Shown: piece after piece, positions 32,000 through 32,000 of the stretch
Position numbering within the stretch: position 1 is the first letter of the stretch
How the letters are laid out: each line of letters begins with the position of its first letter
Position numbers and translations under genes: made by a program
From: Halomicrobium mukohataei DSM 12286
GTDB taxonomy: Archaea; Halobacteriota; Halobacteria; Halobacteriales; Haloarculaceae
Assembly: GCF_000023965.1 (NCBI RefSeq)
Contig: NC_013202.1
Location: 1,380,001-1,412,000 of the forward strand
Direction of reading: 5' to 3'
Length of the DNA stretch: 32,000 nt
Notes under the pieces: generated by a model
What the model saw: only the letters and a program-made list of their open reading frames with translations
Databases searched by the model: none
Told to the model about the DNA's origin: nothing

Positions 32000-32000
32000 G

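Noticed and set aside
1-32000. CRISPR arrays, rRNA genes, prophage structural genes
   Set aside because: Reading both strands, I saw no regularly spaced direct repeats, no rRNA-like conserved stretches, and no integrase, terminase or capsid signatures.

Overview
This looks like a segment of a haloarchaeal (Halobacteria-type) replicon. The predicted proteins are strongly acidic. GC-rich genes carry long Arg-rich antisense shadow ORFs. TATA-like boxes sit about 25-30 nt upstream of several start codons, which suggests leaderless mRNAs, and ISH-type insertion sequences are present. The window is a cell-surface glycosylation island. (i) 1-1690 holds the tail of an ABC exporter and a GT2 glycosyltransferase, followed by a 212-bp MITE. 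(ii) 2308-15861 holds a complete legionaminic-acid-type nonulosonic acid (NulO) pathway: 4,6-dehydratase, aminotransferase, LbH N-acetyltransferase, hydrolysing 2-epimerase, NeuB-type synthase and CMP-synthetase. It also carries many tailoring genes: PIG-L deacetylase, ATP-grasp ligase, HAD hydrolase, SAM methyltransferase, SDR and Gfo/Idh/MocA oxidoreductase. This block is interrupted by an ISH3-family IS and by an IS6 element with an intact 8-bp target duplication but a decayed transposase. (iii) About 16229-23400 is a visibly AT-richer accessory block bounded and interrupted by an IS5-family and an IS1595-family element. It encodes two paralogous uncharacterised alkaline-phosphatase-superfamily proteins, a Wzy_C/O-antigen-ligase-like membrane protein and a Cst-II/DUF115-like candidate NulO transferase. 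(iv) 24117-26441 is an STT3/AglB-like oligosaccharyltransferase in which the WWDYG position reads SQWGRN. (v) 26905-28926 encodes a membrane-anchored DUF4330-like protein with four internal repeats, plus a small membrane protein. (vi) 29140-32000 is a tightly coupled four-gene operon: a wHTH regulator behind a palindromic operator/TATA, two unknown proteins, and a SWIM zinc-finger protein that runs off the window and is absent from the supplied ORF track. I saw no rRNA, intact tRNA or CRISPR array. All family assignments come from motif recognition by eye; no searches were run.
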